DNA of 64,000 nucleotides from an uncultured Candidatus Saccharibacteria bacterium (GTDB taxonomy: Bacteria; Patescibacteriota; Minisyncoccia; Sungbacterales; HO2-52-23). The stretch covers positions 1,441-65,440 of the forward strand of contig CAZPDF010000001.1 in NCBI GenBank assembly GCA_964585475.1. Direction: 5' to 3'. The translations under genes were made by a program, and so were the position numbers. Shown here in pieces: positions 25,564 through 36,072 of the stretch (positions are counted from its first letter, which is position 1; each line of letters starts with the position of its first letter). The notes below the pieces were generated by a model, which was not told the DNA's origin, made no database searches, and worked only from the letters and a program-made list of their open reading frames with translations.

Positions 25564-28092
25564 TTATTTCAGGTCCTCGGAGGACAATGAAAACTCGCTC
25601 CCCGGTTTTATCTCGCCCTTGATGATCTTATCGGCGATTTCTTTTTCTATTTTGTCTTGAATAAAGCGCTGCATCGGCCGCGCGCCAAAAGCCGGATCAT
25701 ATCCGCCTTTCGCGGCCGCATCAACCAATCCGTCCGTTATTTTTAAAATTATATTCTGTGATTTCAAGCGCGATGTCAGTTTCTCGAGCATCAGGCGCGC
25801 GATTTTCTGTAATACCTCTTTGCCGAGCGGCCTGAAAATAATTACGGCGTCAAAGCGGTTCAAAAGCTCCGGGCTCATTATTTTTTCTTTCTGGATATAC
25901 TCGATGATTTGCCGCTCCATGCTTGAGGGATCTTCTCCGCGGTTGGTTAGTTCCCAAATAAGTTGGGATCCGGCGTTGGAGGTTGCAATAATGATGGTGT
26001 TTCGCATGTTCACGCGCTCTCCCAAGTAGTCTGAAAAGAAGCCCTCATCCAGAACCTGCAGGAAGAGGTTTTTTACTTTGAGGTTTGATTTCTCAAATTC
26101 ATCCAGAAGTACCACGCCGTAAGGATAGGAGCGGATTTTGCTTGCTAAGATTCCCGGCTCGTTTTTCTCAAAAGATCCGAGAAGCCGCGTTACGTCCTCA
26201 TCTGTTTGGAACTCGGTCATGTCTAGTCGCACCGTGGCTTCCTCGTTTCCGAAGTAGCTCTCGGCGAGCGCCTTGGCGGTCTCTGTTTTTCCGACGCCGG
26301 TTGGCCCCAGAAAAAGAAAAGTGCCTATGGGACGCTTCGGATTTCGGGTGCCCGCGCGCGCGCGGCGGACGGCATCGGCAATCGCCTGGATCGCCATTTC
26401 CTGATCAATTACTCGCTTGTGGAGTATATCTTCGAGAGCAAGCAGTTTCTCCTTTTCTTCTCCCGTAATTTCCCCAAGCGGCATTTTGGTTTTTCGTTCT
26501 AGGATGGCAAGCACTAGCTCCGGTCCCACCATGAATATTTTTTGGGCAACCGCCTCATTCGCTACTTCCTCCAATAAATCAACCGCGCGTTTGGGCATGG
26601 CGCCGGTAACAAGGAAATTTGTTGCGCCTTCACCTATTTTCTCAAGCGCGGGGTAAGTGAAGATAATTTTTCCTCCGCGTGAGGCCTCGGTTGCCGGAAT
26701 TATGTCCTCCAGAATTTTAAATAGTGCGTTTCCGGCCGGCTCCGCAATTTCAATTTTGGAAAAATGTTCCATCAGGCCCTTATTCGTTTCGAGGATTCTC
26801 CGGAAAGGCAGGGTGTCTGCGAGAGCAATAATATGAATATCTGAACTTCTAAGATAAGGCTGTAGGAGTTCATTTGCGCTAATACCTAAAGCCGTGAGGG
26901 AGGCGGTAAATTCCGGGAATTCGTCTATGGCGAGTATTATGTTCCCGGCCTTTACAGCTTCGTTTAGCAAGCGGAGGAGGAGTGACTCTGTTTCTCCTTT
27001 GGTTTTTCCGGAGGCGACAACGCCAGAGCCAAATAGTTCAAGAATGCGTTTGTGTTCAAGTTCCGGGAAAATGTTGCCGTGCGTAATCATCCGCGTAAGC
27101 CCGAGAAGAATTGTTCGCTTGCCTGTGCCGGGTTCCCCCACCAGAACCAGGTTTGCCCCGGATTTTTTAAGAAGGGAGGATTCAAGAAGTTTGATCTCGC
27201 GATCGTGTCCGATAATTTCTTCTTCGGCCCCCAGCGCTTCATAGGCGAGGTCTCTCGCAAATTTTTCAAGAAAGGCCGTGTGTCCGTACGCCCAGTCTTT
27301 GGCAAATCCCGGAATGCGGCCCAGCCTGACCCTAGTCCACCATCTGCGTTTTGCATCACCTTGCGAAAATTTTTCTTCCTGCCATTCGGCCGCCCCGCGC
27401 AGGGTAACTGGCGTTACGCCATTGGCCATGAGGTAATCGCGGAACGGCTTGGATGTTTCAAAAAGGGCCGTCATGAGGTTGGCGAAAGTTATATCCTTAT
27501 CGGCGTCAATGTTTTTTTCAAGATAGCCCAAGAGGGTATTGATATTTCCGTCTACATCGCCGGCCGAAATAATGGTTTGCAGGAGATTTTTATATTCTTC
27601 GTTTTCAACTCCAAGACGCCAAATAAGTTCCTGGCCGATATCGGTCCTGGGCAGCGTTTCAAATAATCGAGATAGGGTTATTGTGCCGGCGGGGGAAGAT
27701 GCGCGGTACCAAACCTGGGCCGCATATAAATTTAAGCGGCACAAGATATTGGAGTGCGGCGCTTCTCCTGGTTTGTCGGCGGTCTTTGAATTGAAAAACC
27801 CGTCAAGCGCCCCAAGGAGTAGACGCGGGGCGGTGAGAAGAAATAAGGCCCCGATCAAAAAATTTTGATCAATTCCCGGTATCTCCGTCGGCAGTCGGAT
27901 CTCTATGCCGTATGCATGCGTTCCCGCGACCTGCCGCGCCAGCAGAGAATAAAAAATTAGCGCGAGGTTAACCAAAACCATTTTGTCAAGAACTCGCGCG
28001 ATGGAATTTCGAAAACGGCGCGGGAAAACGTTTTCAAGGGCGAGCGCCCCGATGAATTTATTTTCGAAGATGTGGGGATAAGGCGTAGGCAT
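25564..28092 (-). CDS. membrane-anchored double-AAA+ Clp/Hsp100-like ATPase (degenerate Walker A in D1, canonical D2, no ClpB M-domain)
   Basis: 842 aa. N-terminal hydrophobic segments. D1 GEPGTGKRT (Arg where Ser/Thr is expected). D2 GPTGVGKTE, sensor-2 GARPMQRFI. Confidence 0.75.
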   Translation of the reverse strand: MPTPYPHIFENKFIGALALENVFPRRFRNSIARVLDKMVLVNLALIFYSLLARQVAGTHAYGIEIRLPTEIPGIDQNFLIGALFLLTAPRLLLGALDGFFNSKTADKPGEAPHSNILCRLNLYAAQVWYRASSPAGTITLSRLFETLPRTDIGQELIWRLGVENEEYKNLLQTIISAGDVDGNINTLLGYLEKNIDADKDITFANLMTALFETSKPFRDYLMANGVTPVTLRGAAEWQEEKFSQGDAKRRWWTRVRLGRIPGFAKDWAYGHTAFLEKFARDLAYEALGAEEEIIGHDREIKLLESSLLKKSGANLVLVGEPGTGKRTILLGLTRMITHGNIFPELEHKRILELFGSGVVASGKTKGETESLLLRLLNEAVKAGNIILAIDEFPEFTASLTALGISANELLQPYLRSSDIHIIALADTLPFRRILETNKGLMEHFSKIEIAEPAGNALFKILEDIIPATEASRGGKIIFTYPALEKIGEGATNFLVTGAMPKRAVDLLEEVANEAVAQKIFMVGPELVLAILERKTKMPLGEITGEEKEKLLALEDILHKRVIDQEMAIQAIADAVRRARAGTRNPKRPIGTFLFLGPTGVGKTETAKALAESYFGNEEATVRLDMTEFQTDEDVTRLLGSFEKNEPGILASKIRSYPYGVVLLDEFEKSNLKVKNLFLQVLDEGFFSDYLGERVNMRNTIIIATSNAGSQLIWELTNRGEDPSSMERQIIEYIQKEKIMSPELLNRFDAVIIFRPLGKEVLQKIARLMLEKLTSRLKSQNIILKITDGLVDAAAKGGYDPAFGARPMQRFIQDKIEKEIADKIIKGEIKPGSEFSLSSEDLK

Positions 28093-28110
28093 AAGAGGCT
28101 GGGACTAAAT

Positions 28111-28527
28111 TTAAAAAATGAAGGCGAGTCCCGTAAAAAATAGCGCGGGAAGGAGGATCGGGAAAAATATCCATACGGCCAATATGGCGGTGGTGGCGAT
28201 GATTACGGCGCCCTCGAAAATTATTCCGATAATTAAAACAATGGTTCGGAAGAGAAACCCGACTACGCGCGAAACGGTGTTGGCCACAATATTTTCTAAG
28301 AGCGCCTCAAGGGCGACGACGCCTTTAGACTCCTCCCGGATGCGGTAAAACGGCGCAAAAAGCGTTTTTAACAGGAGTTCCAGGGAAAAGAGATAATACC
28401 CGAACCAAAGAAAATTTTTCCCTAGTTCCCAAATGTCGCGGAGCGCTTGCCCGTAGTGCCAGGTGATGTATTCGCCGAGAAAAATCGCAATACCCATTAA
28501 GTTCATTATAAATGAAAGGGGCGACAT
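28111..28527 (-). CDS. small polytopic membrane protein, upstream in the same operon as the AAA+ gene
   Basis: 138 aa with four predicted TM helices. Confidence 0.5.
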   Translation of the reverse strand: MSPLSFIMNLMGIAIFLGEYITWHYGQALRDIWELGKNFLWFGYYLFSLELLLKTLFAPFYRIREESKGVVALEALLENIVANTVSRVVGFLFRTIVLIIGIIFEGAVIIATTAILAVWIFFPILLPALFFTGLAFIF

Positions 28528-28568
28528 GGCGCAATCGGAGAAAATCTGCTAGATTATATGGCATAAGT

Positions 28569-28750
<182 letters not shown>

Positions 28751-28751
28751 T

Positions 28752-29090
28752 ATGGGAATCTATCGTCATACGCAGGAAACATTTGCGGATCGTAGCGGCA
28801 CCATAATTGAGGCCGATCTCCTGGGCACCATTGATACAGAGAGCCCTGAATATCAGGAGGCGTATCTCGGTTTTCTCAAACGCAACCGGGCAGTGATTGA
28901 GAAGAAACTTCGAGGGGAGCCGATATCGCGTGAGGAAGATGAGCATCTTTTTTCTGAAGCGGAAGAGCTTGTGGTGACGTTTCCGCCTGACGACCCAATC
29001 AAACCGGAACATGCGGTCTTGCGTGATTTGCGTGAGGCGATGCTTGATCAATTTGAGCTTGTTTCCGAAAAAGACATGGATCGCCTTTAA
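28752..29090 (+). CDS. hypothetical protein
   Basis: 112-aa acidic ORF. Confidence 0.4.
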   Translation: MGIYRHTQETFADRSGTIIEADLLGTIDTESPEYQEAYLGFLKRNRAVIEKKLRGEPISREEDEHLFSEAEELVVTFPPDDPIKPEHAVLRDLREAMLDQFELVSEKDMDRL

Positions 29091-29102
29091 ATTTTTTCGT
29101 GC

Positions 29103-29351
29103 GTGGGTAGTCCGCTCGACCGACTTTTTGGCGCCGACATTCTAATCCGGGTCGGCAGTAAGGAACCTAAAAAGAAACCGAGGCCTCTTACTTTTGATTT
29201 GACGGTACGGCGCGCGAAAACCGGAACGAAGGCTGACGTTCTAATCAAGGATCTGCCGGACCCGGATTTACAGGAGAAGGAGTACCTTAAGGCCATGGGT
29301 GGAGCGGCTCATGACGCTTTTAGAATTTATCTTCGCAGGAGCAGAAATTGA
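29103..29351 (+). CDS. hypothetical basic protein
   Basis: 82-aa ORF, K/R-rich. Confidence 0.35.
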   Translation: MGSPLDRLFGADILIRVGSKEPKKKPRPLTFDLTVRRAKTGTKADVLIKDLPDPDLQEKEYLKAMGGAAHDAFRIYLRRSRN

Positions 29352-29388
29352 TTTTGTAAAACGACGCATACCATGCTAGAATAAGGAC

Positions 29389-30484
29389 ATGGAAGAATTA
29401 CGGAAACGATTCAACGATCTGGAATTTAAGATCCGCGGCCTCGCGGACCGGCTTTGATATCTCAAAAAAACGGCAAGAAATTTCCGAAATTGAGCGCGGG
29501 ATGCAGAGTGTTGATTTCTGGAAGGACAAGGAACGCGCCTCGGGGTTTTCGCGAGAGCTTGCGGCTCTGAAGCGCGAAGTCGAGCGGTATGAAGCACTGG
29601 CGCGGGAGTTGGACACACTTTTTAAGATGGTCGACCTGGCTGAAAGTGATGAGGGCATCCGCAAAGAACTTGAATCAGAAGTTAAAGCCCTCCAAAAAGA
29701 AGTTAAAAAAATAGAAACCGAGCTTTATTTTTCCGGAAAATACGACAAGGGTAATGCCGTTCTCTCGGTTTATGCCGGTGCTGGCGGGAAAGACGCAGAG
29801 GACTGGGCGGCGCTTTTGATCCGCATGTACCGCCGTTTTTCCGAAGAACGGGGATGGATAGCCAGAACCATTCATGAGCATTGGGGCGAGTCCAACGGTC
29901 CTGCCGGCTGGGGGATCAAGAATGCCACGATACTTATCGAGGGTGCTTATTCCTACGGGTATTTGAAAAAAGAATCGGGCGTGCATCGTTTGGTCCGGAT
30001 CTCGCCCTTCTCTTCGCAATCCCTTCGTCACACCTCTTTTTCACTGGTTGACGTTATGCCGGAATTGGTCGCGCCGGAAGAGGTGGAAATAAAACCGGAG
30101 GATTTGAAAATAGATTTTTTCCGCTCATCTGGCCCGGGGGGACAGAACGTCAATAAACGAGAGACCGCTGTCCGAATCACGCATCTGCCCACAGGAATTC
30201 AGGTGGCAGCGCAAGTGGAAAGGACGCAGGAAAGAAACCGCGAAATCGCGATGGAGATTCTTCGCTCGCGACTCTATAAATTTGAATTAGTGAAACAAGA
30301 AAAGGAGCGCCAGGGAGTTCGACAGGAAAAGGTTGCCATTGAATGGGGCAGCCAGATCCGTTCCTACGTCATGCATCCGTACCAGATGGTAAAGGACCAT
30401 CGCACTGACGTTGAGACCTCACAGATAGATAAAGTGCTGGATGGGGGGCTTGAGGAGTTTATCGAAGCAGAAGTGAAGATATAA
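29389..30484 (+). CDS. prfB: peptide chain release factor 2, requiring the programmed +1 frameshift at CTT TGA (29452-29457)
   Basis: Frame 1 reads MEELRKRFNDLEFKIRGLADRL then TGA. The +1 frame continues DISKKRQEISEIERGMQSVDFWKDKERA...SPFSSQSLRHTSF...RSSGPGGQNVNK, including the GGQ motif. Confidence 0.9.
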
Positions 30485-30494
30485 TTTTAGGCGC

Positions 30495-33400
30495 ATGAAG
30501 CGTATAAAAAAACACATCAAAAACCACCACATTATCTCTGCATTGGCAGCAGGCGGCATTGCTTTTGCGGCGTTCAACTTTAACGGTACGCCGCTTTTTA
30601 ATAATCTTGATAACTTCGTTCTCTTTGCGAGTGAAGAAATACAGATAGAACAGGGAACACAGGTTTCTTCGGGCGACCTCGGTTCCAACGGGAAAATTGA
30701 TATTGAAAAAGACGTTATCATAAACGGCAACCTTTTTGCGAATGAAATCACGATAGACAAAGATTCCACCATAAACGGTAACGCCTCTTTTAATAAACTC
30801 AAACCCCATAAAAATTCACGGATTCTTGGAACGCAAACCAAACCGGTACAACTTCCGATAGCGAACATCCCCAATGTTTCCGAATTTCAGATCGGCACGC
30901 AGGATTTCAGATTTGAAGGAGCAACTAACACGCTTTCCGTCGGAAGCTACCGTGATATTATCCTCGAGAAAAACGCCCGCCTAAACCTTTCGGGCGGAGC
31001 TTACAATTTGCGGAAACTCGAACTCAAAGAAAACTCCACGTTCATTTTCAACGGCTCAACCACGATAAACATTCAATTCAAGCTCAAAGGGAAAGATAGG
31101 GTATCAATCCTCCCCGGACAAAATATCAAACCCGACGACCTAACAATCAATTACCTCGGCCTTCGTCCCAGAAACGAAAAGGAAGAAAAGGAAGATGATG
31201 ACAACGAAATTGATTCGGAAATGGACAACCAAGAAAAGAAAGATCACAAAGCCAGTAAAATCGGCCGACCAATTGTTTTTGGCAAAAATTCTTTCCTCAA
31301 CTTTAAACTCCTTGCTCCAAAGGCGAGTGTTCATATTGGAAAGGAATCAACCGTGAGGGGCCAGATTTTGGCAAGGAAGATAAAAATAGAAAAGAATTCT
31401 ATATTGAGCAGAGAACAAACCGGATTCAAGATTGCCAAACCGGAAGACATCATTACCGATCCCGACGGAGGCGTTTATCCGATCAATGAATTGCTGGTTT
31501 CTTTAACTCCGGAAGCGACCATCTTAGACGCTCAAACCATAGCCGCAAGCGTCAACGGCCGGATTATCGGCATTGTTTCTTCGATTAACCTTTATCAAAT
31601 TGGGGTTCCCGCAGGATCAATTCAGGAGTTAGAAAATTTGATTAGCATTTTACGGAGCAACCCTAAAGTCGAAGGGGTATTTAGGAATTTTGTTGTTCCA
31701 AAGCAGTTTTTTCCAGTGGATCGGGTTGAGACACTATCCAAGATCGATAACGAGTTTAAAATAGCGCCCTCAGTGGTGTACCTTATTTTTGCTACACCTA
31801 TGTATCGAATTTTATTCTTCGCGGCTACTCTCTTACTGGCCCTTTACTTATACCTAAAACGGCATCAACTCAGAAAGTTCAGCATCATCAAAGATAAATT
31901 ATTCTACAGTTCTTCGCATCTGGCATGGTTTGCTGTCTTATCAATAACATTTCTTTTGTTCCCTCTGACGTGGTTGGTTCGGTGGATAGCGCCCTATGGT
32001 CGAGGTGGCTCTATCGGTATTCCTTTTATCACCTTCGGCGGTAGTACTTACGAATTCGGATTTAGTATAGTCGGCATCCTGGGGAATATATTATTTGTTT
32101 ATATCCTTACCTTAGTAGTCGCGTATCTCAAAAGAAATTTTAGGAAACATGGCAGTTTGATAATTCTCTTGGTACTCGCCCTTTTGATAACCGGCAGTAT
32201 ATTTTTAGTATTTGTGCGATTTGTGAGAGAGGGAGCACCTTTTATGCCGTCACCAATACTATTAAGAATTCTCGGACACGAAGCATATGCAGCGCCGCAG
32301 ATAAAATACGATTTAGAGAATCTTAGAAATCAGTTCCCCCCATTCACAAAAGCTTATGACAATATCAAAATCCAACAGGCGTGGGAGGTTATAACAAGCG
32401 TTACACCTCTGCTATCGCCGCCTATTATTGGAATTGTTGATTTCGGTGTTGAGGCAACCCATCACGAATTTAATACACCCGAAGTAAATTTCGGTTCGGT
32501 CAATCGTTCGCTCCTAGAAGATTTTATAGAGTCCACCTTTCTAGATCCGGTTGGCGGCCATGGCACTCAAGTTGCCGGAATTATCGGTGCGAATAACGTT
32601 TCTAGAATAAACCCTCTAGCGCAAGATAGTCCTCAAATGAATGGCATACTTTCGGGGGTTCTTTCAGAAAATCAGTACACTTTGGAGTTTAAGCCAATCG
32701 GTGGTCCTAAAAATGCTGCTACCTCAACCTTTATACAAGTTGCCGGCGCCCTAGAAGCAGCTATAGGAGGGAGTTCCAGGGTTGTTAATATGAGTTTTGG
32801 TGGCGCACTTTGTTCTGCGCTCTCGATTTTCAGTGGACGAGAATGCTATAAAACAGATCAAGAGTTTCTTGACGCCTTTGGCGTTTATCAAAGACAGTTT
32901 CAACAAGCTTCAACGACTTTATTTGTCGCCGGTGCGGGAAATGATGATATTGATGCTTCCCACTCTTTGCCAGGTGCCTTGAGTCTGCTGGATAATGTAA
33001 TGACCGTCGGAGCTACCGATTTAGATGATAAAAGAGCAGAATTCCTCTTTCCGGAAAAGAGCAATTTTGGGTCTAGTGTAAACATCTCTGCTCCAGGTAC
33101 AGATGTTTATGCTCCCGCTCCAAACAACGAATACGATTCCGACTTCTCTGGCACCTCCGCCTCCGCCCCTATGGTTACCGGTGTTGCAGGGCTTTTGAAA
33201 GCCCTTGAACCGGAGTATCAGAAATTCACTCTAGGGCTTGTGATGAATCCTGCAAAAATAAAAGAAATTCTAATTAAGTCTGCTGATCCGATAAATACCG
33301 GAGAACTAAATAAACCCCTAGGCAAAGATTGTTTCAATTTCAATACCTTTATTCATAACGGCTGCCGGGAAAATGCTCACAGAGCCGTGGCCTGGCAATT

Positions 33401-35384
33401 TCCTCCGAAATCGGTTGAAAATCTGACGACCTCAAATATAACTTCAAGTTCCATAGCTCTGAATTGGACAAGATCGTCTGATTTTGATTTTCAAAACCCA
33501 GATTTTGATTCGTATAAAATCTTCCGCAGCACAACTGCAGGAGTCAATACCAGCAATACTCTTATTGCCACAATCACTGGCTCAACCACAACAAGTTTTG
33601 TCGATTCCGGCTTAACTCCCACTACCGCCTTCTTCTACAAAGTCTTCGTCTTTGATCGAGCCGGTCTTTCTTCCGGCAGCAACGAGGTTTCGGCAACTAC
33701 GCAGCCCTCGGTTCCGTCTTTCCCCGGCCCCCAGCCCGGTCCTAATGTGGGGGATACCATTTCAATTCCCATGCTCTCCGGAGGCATTCTGGGAATAGGG
33801 ACGGAAATGGATATTACCGGAGTTGCGGTTGCGGCTGACGGCGTGAACGCCGTGGTTGCCGAAAGCTCCGGAGATCTCTCAAGGGTAAATCTTGCAACCG
33901 GCCAGGTAACTACCATTGCATTCGTAAGCGCGGGCGGCATTGCCAGTCCGGTAATCGAGCCGGGAGGTGAGACCGTGCTTGTCGTTACTGCTCCGCGCGG
34001 CGGGGGGCCGTCCGGCGGAATTGCGCGCGTGAATCTCACGACCGGAGCTGTAAATACCATTTTGGCTAGCGGCATTGACCACGCCGCTGCCATGGCTCTG
34101 GATTCCCAAGGAAGATTCGCTTATGTCACTGGATCGGAAGGAGGGCTTTTCAAGATTGACCTTGAGGCCCGCACCGTAAGCGTGATTTCGGGGATTGGAG
34201 GATTTGGCCTTGCGCTCGAATCAAACAACACCACCGCATTAGTGCCTGCTGGCGGTCCCGCCGGCGGAGTATTTAGCTGCAACCTCATGCGGATAGATCT
34301 TGTGACAGGAGACGTAACCCCTATTGCCTCGGTATGCCTTTTCGGAGGAGTCCCAGTAAGTGTTGCCATAGAACCCGGAGGCCAAACCGCCCTGGTTGCC
34401 ACTACCGGCCAATTCGCCGGGGCTTCCGGAGTCATAGCTAGGGTCACTCTTGCCACCGGGGCGGTCAGAACGCTCTCCTCATGCCAGGGATGCGGCTGGC
34501 CCCACCTTACTATGGAGCCATCTGGAACCAGCGTACTTTATCTTGGCGATCTCGATCAATCCATCATCCGATTCAATATCGCAGATAACACCCAGACCAC
34601 CCTGGCGCGATCAGACAGCCCCCAAGGTATGGCGCTTTCTTCAGACGGCCAAACGGCGTTTACGGTTTCCGACGAATTCCGCTTTACAAGCAAGCTCTCG
34701 CGAATTTCGCTTGACACCGGAAAAGTGGATAAACTCGTAACCACCGGCCGCGCGGGCGGCGGGATTATTCTTGGAAACGGAGACACTTCTGCCTTCTTTA
34801 CCGCTCTTGATCCCGTAAATTTCAGTACTCCGACCATCCAAAAAGTTGATCTTTCCACACTCCGAGCAAGCACCACAAGCGTACTTCCCGATTTTGGACA
34901 CGGAATTGCGAGAGAAGCAAACGGCAATACCGTCTTGGTAGCTGTTAATGACGGCCGAAGTCTTTTGCGTGTAAACTTAATATCAGGAGCCGTTGGTCTC
35001 ATCTCCGACCAGCTTTCAAGCCCCGTGGCAGTTGCCGTAGAAGAGGAGGGGGTATCGGCGCTGGTGGTTGAGGGACGCGCCAACGTCTCCCTTTCCCGCG
35101 TTGACCTCCAAACTGGCGGCGTTACGGTAATTGCGAGCGATCTTGCAGCAATCGGTTTTGGACGAATAGGAGGTGTGGCGCGTGAACCCAGTGGCCAAAC
35201 CGCGCTTGCTGCCATAGGAGGGGCGCTCATCAGAGTGAATCTTCTTTCGGGCGCGCTTACCACGCTTGCCTTTCCGATCTGCGGTTTGGGTAACGGACTT
35301 TCTGGAGTAATCATTGAGGGTGGAGGAAATACCGCATTGCTTTCCCATGAGGTATGCGGGATATTAAGAATAAGAATACGCTGA
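30495..35384 (+). CDS. giant multidomain surface protein: N-terminal ice-binding-like beta-helix (DUF3494-like), 4-5 TM helices, peptidase S8 (subtilase), fibronectin-III, C-terminal YVTN-type beta-propeller repeats
   Basis: 1629 aa. FVLFASEEIQIEQGTQVSSGDLGSNGKIDI repeats. TM cluster at aa ~430-590. S8 motifs IVDFG, HGTQVAG, GTSASAPMVTG. An FN3-like region follows, then repeated ...GGxxA/TAL/V... propeller blades. Confidence 0.85.
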   Translation: MKRIKKHIKNHHIISALAAGGIAFAAFNFNGTPLFNNLDNFVLFASEEIQIEQGTQVSSGDLGSNGKIDIEKDVIINGNLFANEITIDKDSTINGNASFNKLKPHKNSRILGTQTKPVQLPIANIPNVSEFQIGTQDFRFEGATNTLSVGSYRDIILEKNARLNLSGGAYNLRKLELKENSTFIFNGSTTINIQFKLKGKDRVSILPGQNIKPDDLTINYLGLRPRNEKEEKEDDDNEIDSEMDNQEKKDHKASKIGRPIVFGKNSFLNFKLLAPKASVHIGKESTVRGQILARKIKIEKNSILSREQTGFKIAKPEDIITDPDGGVYPINELLVSLTPEATILDAQTIAASVNGRIIGIVSSINLYQIGVPAGSIQELENLISILRSNPKVEGVFRNFVVPKQFFPVDRVETLSKIDNEFKIAPSVVYLIFATPMYRILFFAATLLLALYLYLKRHQLRKFSIIKDKLFYSSSHLAWFAVLSITFLLFPLTWLVRWIAPYGRGGSIGIPFITFGGSTYEFGFSIVGILGNILFVYILTLVVAYLKRNFRKHGSLIILLVLALLITGSIFLVFVRFVREGAPFMPSPILLRILGHEAYAAPQIKYDLENLRNQFPPFTKAYDNIKIQQAWEVITSVTPLLSPPIIGIVDFGVEATHHEFNTPEVNFGSVNRSLLEDFIESTFLDPVGGHGTQVAGIIGANNVSRINPLAQDSPQMNGILSGVLSENQYTLEFKPIGGPKNAATSTFIQVAGALEAAIGGSSRVVNMSFGGALCSALSIFSGRECYKTDQEFLDAFGVYQRQFQQASTTLFVAGAGNDDIDASHSLPGALSLLDNVMTVGATDLDDKRAEFLFPEKSNFGSSVNISAPGTDVYAPAPNNEYDSDFSGTSASAPMVTGVAGLLKALEPEYQKFTLGLVMNPAKIKEILIKSADPINTGELNKPLGKDCFNFNTFIHNGCRENAHRAVAWQFPPKSVENLTTSNITSSSIALNWTRSSDFDFQNPDFDSYKIFRSTTAGVNTSNTLIATITGSTTTSFVDSGLTPTTAFFYKVFVFDRAGLSSGSNEVSATTQPSVPSFPGPQPGPNVGDTISIPMLSGGILGIGTEMDITGVAVAADGVNAVVAESSGDLSRVNLATGQVTTIAFVSAGGIASPVIEPGGETVLVVTAPRGGGPSGGIARVNLTTGAVNTILASGIDHAAAMALDSQGRFAYVTGSEGGLFKIDLEARTVSVISGIGGFGLALESNNTTALVPAGGPAGGVFSCNLMRIDLVTGDVTPIASVCLFGGVPVSVAIEPGGQTALVATTGQFAGASGVIARVTLATGAVRTLSSCQGCGWPHLTMEPSGTSVLYLGDLDQSIIRFNIADNTQTTLARSDSPQGMALSSDGQTAFTVSDEFRFTSKLSRISLDTGKVDKLVTTGRAGGGIILGNGDTSAFFTALDPVNFSTPTIQKVDLSTLRASTTSVLPDFGHGIAREANGNTVLVAVNDGRSLLRVNLISGAVGLISDQLSSPVAVAVEEEGVSALVVEGRANVSLSRVDLQTGGVTVIASDLAAIGFGRIGGVAREPSGQTALAAIGGALIRVNLLSGALTTLAFPICGLGNGLSGVIIEGGGNTALLSHEVCGILRIRIR

Positions 35385-35388
35385 TATT

Positions 35389-36069
35389 ATGATTTTTTTC
35401 GATAACGTTTCTAAAATCTATAACCATAATTCCGTCGCGTTGAAAAACGTGACTCTTCGGATTGAGCCGCGCGAATTTGTTTCCATCGTGGGTTCTTCCG
35501 GGGCCGGAAAAACAACGCTTTTGAAGCTTTTGATCAGGGAAGAGGAGCCGACCGACGGCAAAATTTATCTTGACGGTTTTGATATAACTATCGTTCCGAA
35601 AAGCGAGATTCATCACGTGCGCAGGCGCATTGGGATCGTATTTCAGGATTATAAATTGCTTCCAACCAAAACCGCCCATGAAAATGTCGCATTTGCCATG
35701 GAGGTGGCCGGAAGATCGGATGCGGAGATCGCCGAGGATGTTCCGCAGGCGCTGGAACTCGTCGGGCTTGCCGATAAGATTAATAATTTTCCACACCAGC
35801 TCTCCGGTGGAGAGAAACAGAGAGTAGCTATTGCGCGCGCTTTGGTCAATCGGCCGGACGTTATTTTGGCGGACGAGCCGACCGGAAATTTGGACCCCAT
35901 AAATACGTGGGAGATCATAAAACTTTTGCAGAAAATAAACATGCTTGATACGACGGTGGTCTTGGCCACGCACGACAAAGAAATTATCAACGCGATAGAC
36001 AAGCGGGTGGTGGTGCTGGACAAAGGGGAAGTAATATCGGATAAAGAAAAGGGGAAGTATTTGGTATAA
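35389..36069 (+). CDS. ftsE: cell division ATP-binding protein FtsE
   Basis: 226 aa. Walker [10 protein letters not shown], signature LSGGEKQR, Walker [12 protein letters not shown]. Confidence 0.9.
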   Translation: MIFFDNVSKIYNHNSVALKNVTLRIEPREFVSIVGSSGAGKTTLLKLLIREEEPTDGKIYLDGFDITIVPKSEIHHVRRRIGIVFQDYKLLPTKTAHENVAFAMEVAGRSDAEIAEDVPQALELVGLADKINNFPHQLSGGEKQRVAIARALVNRPDVILADEPTGNLDPINTWEIIKLLQKINMLDTTVVLATHDKEIINAIDKRVVVLDKGEVISDKEKGKYLV

Positions 36070-36072
36070 CGA

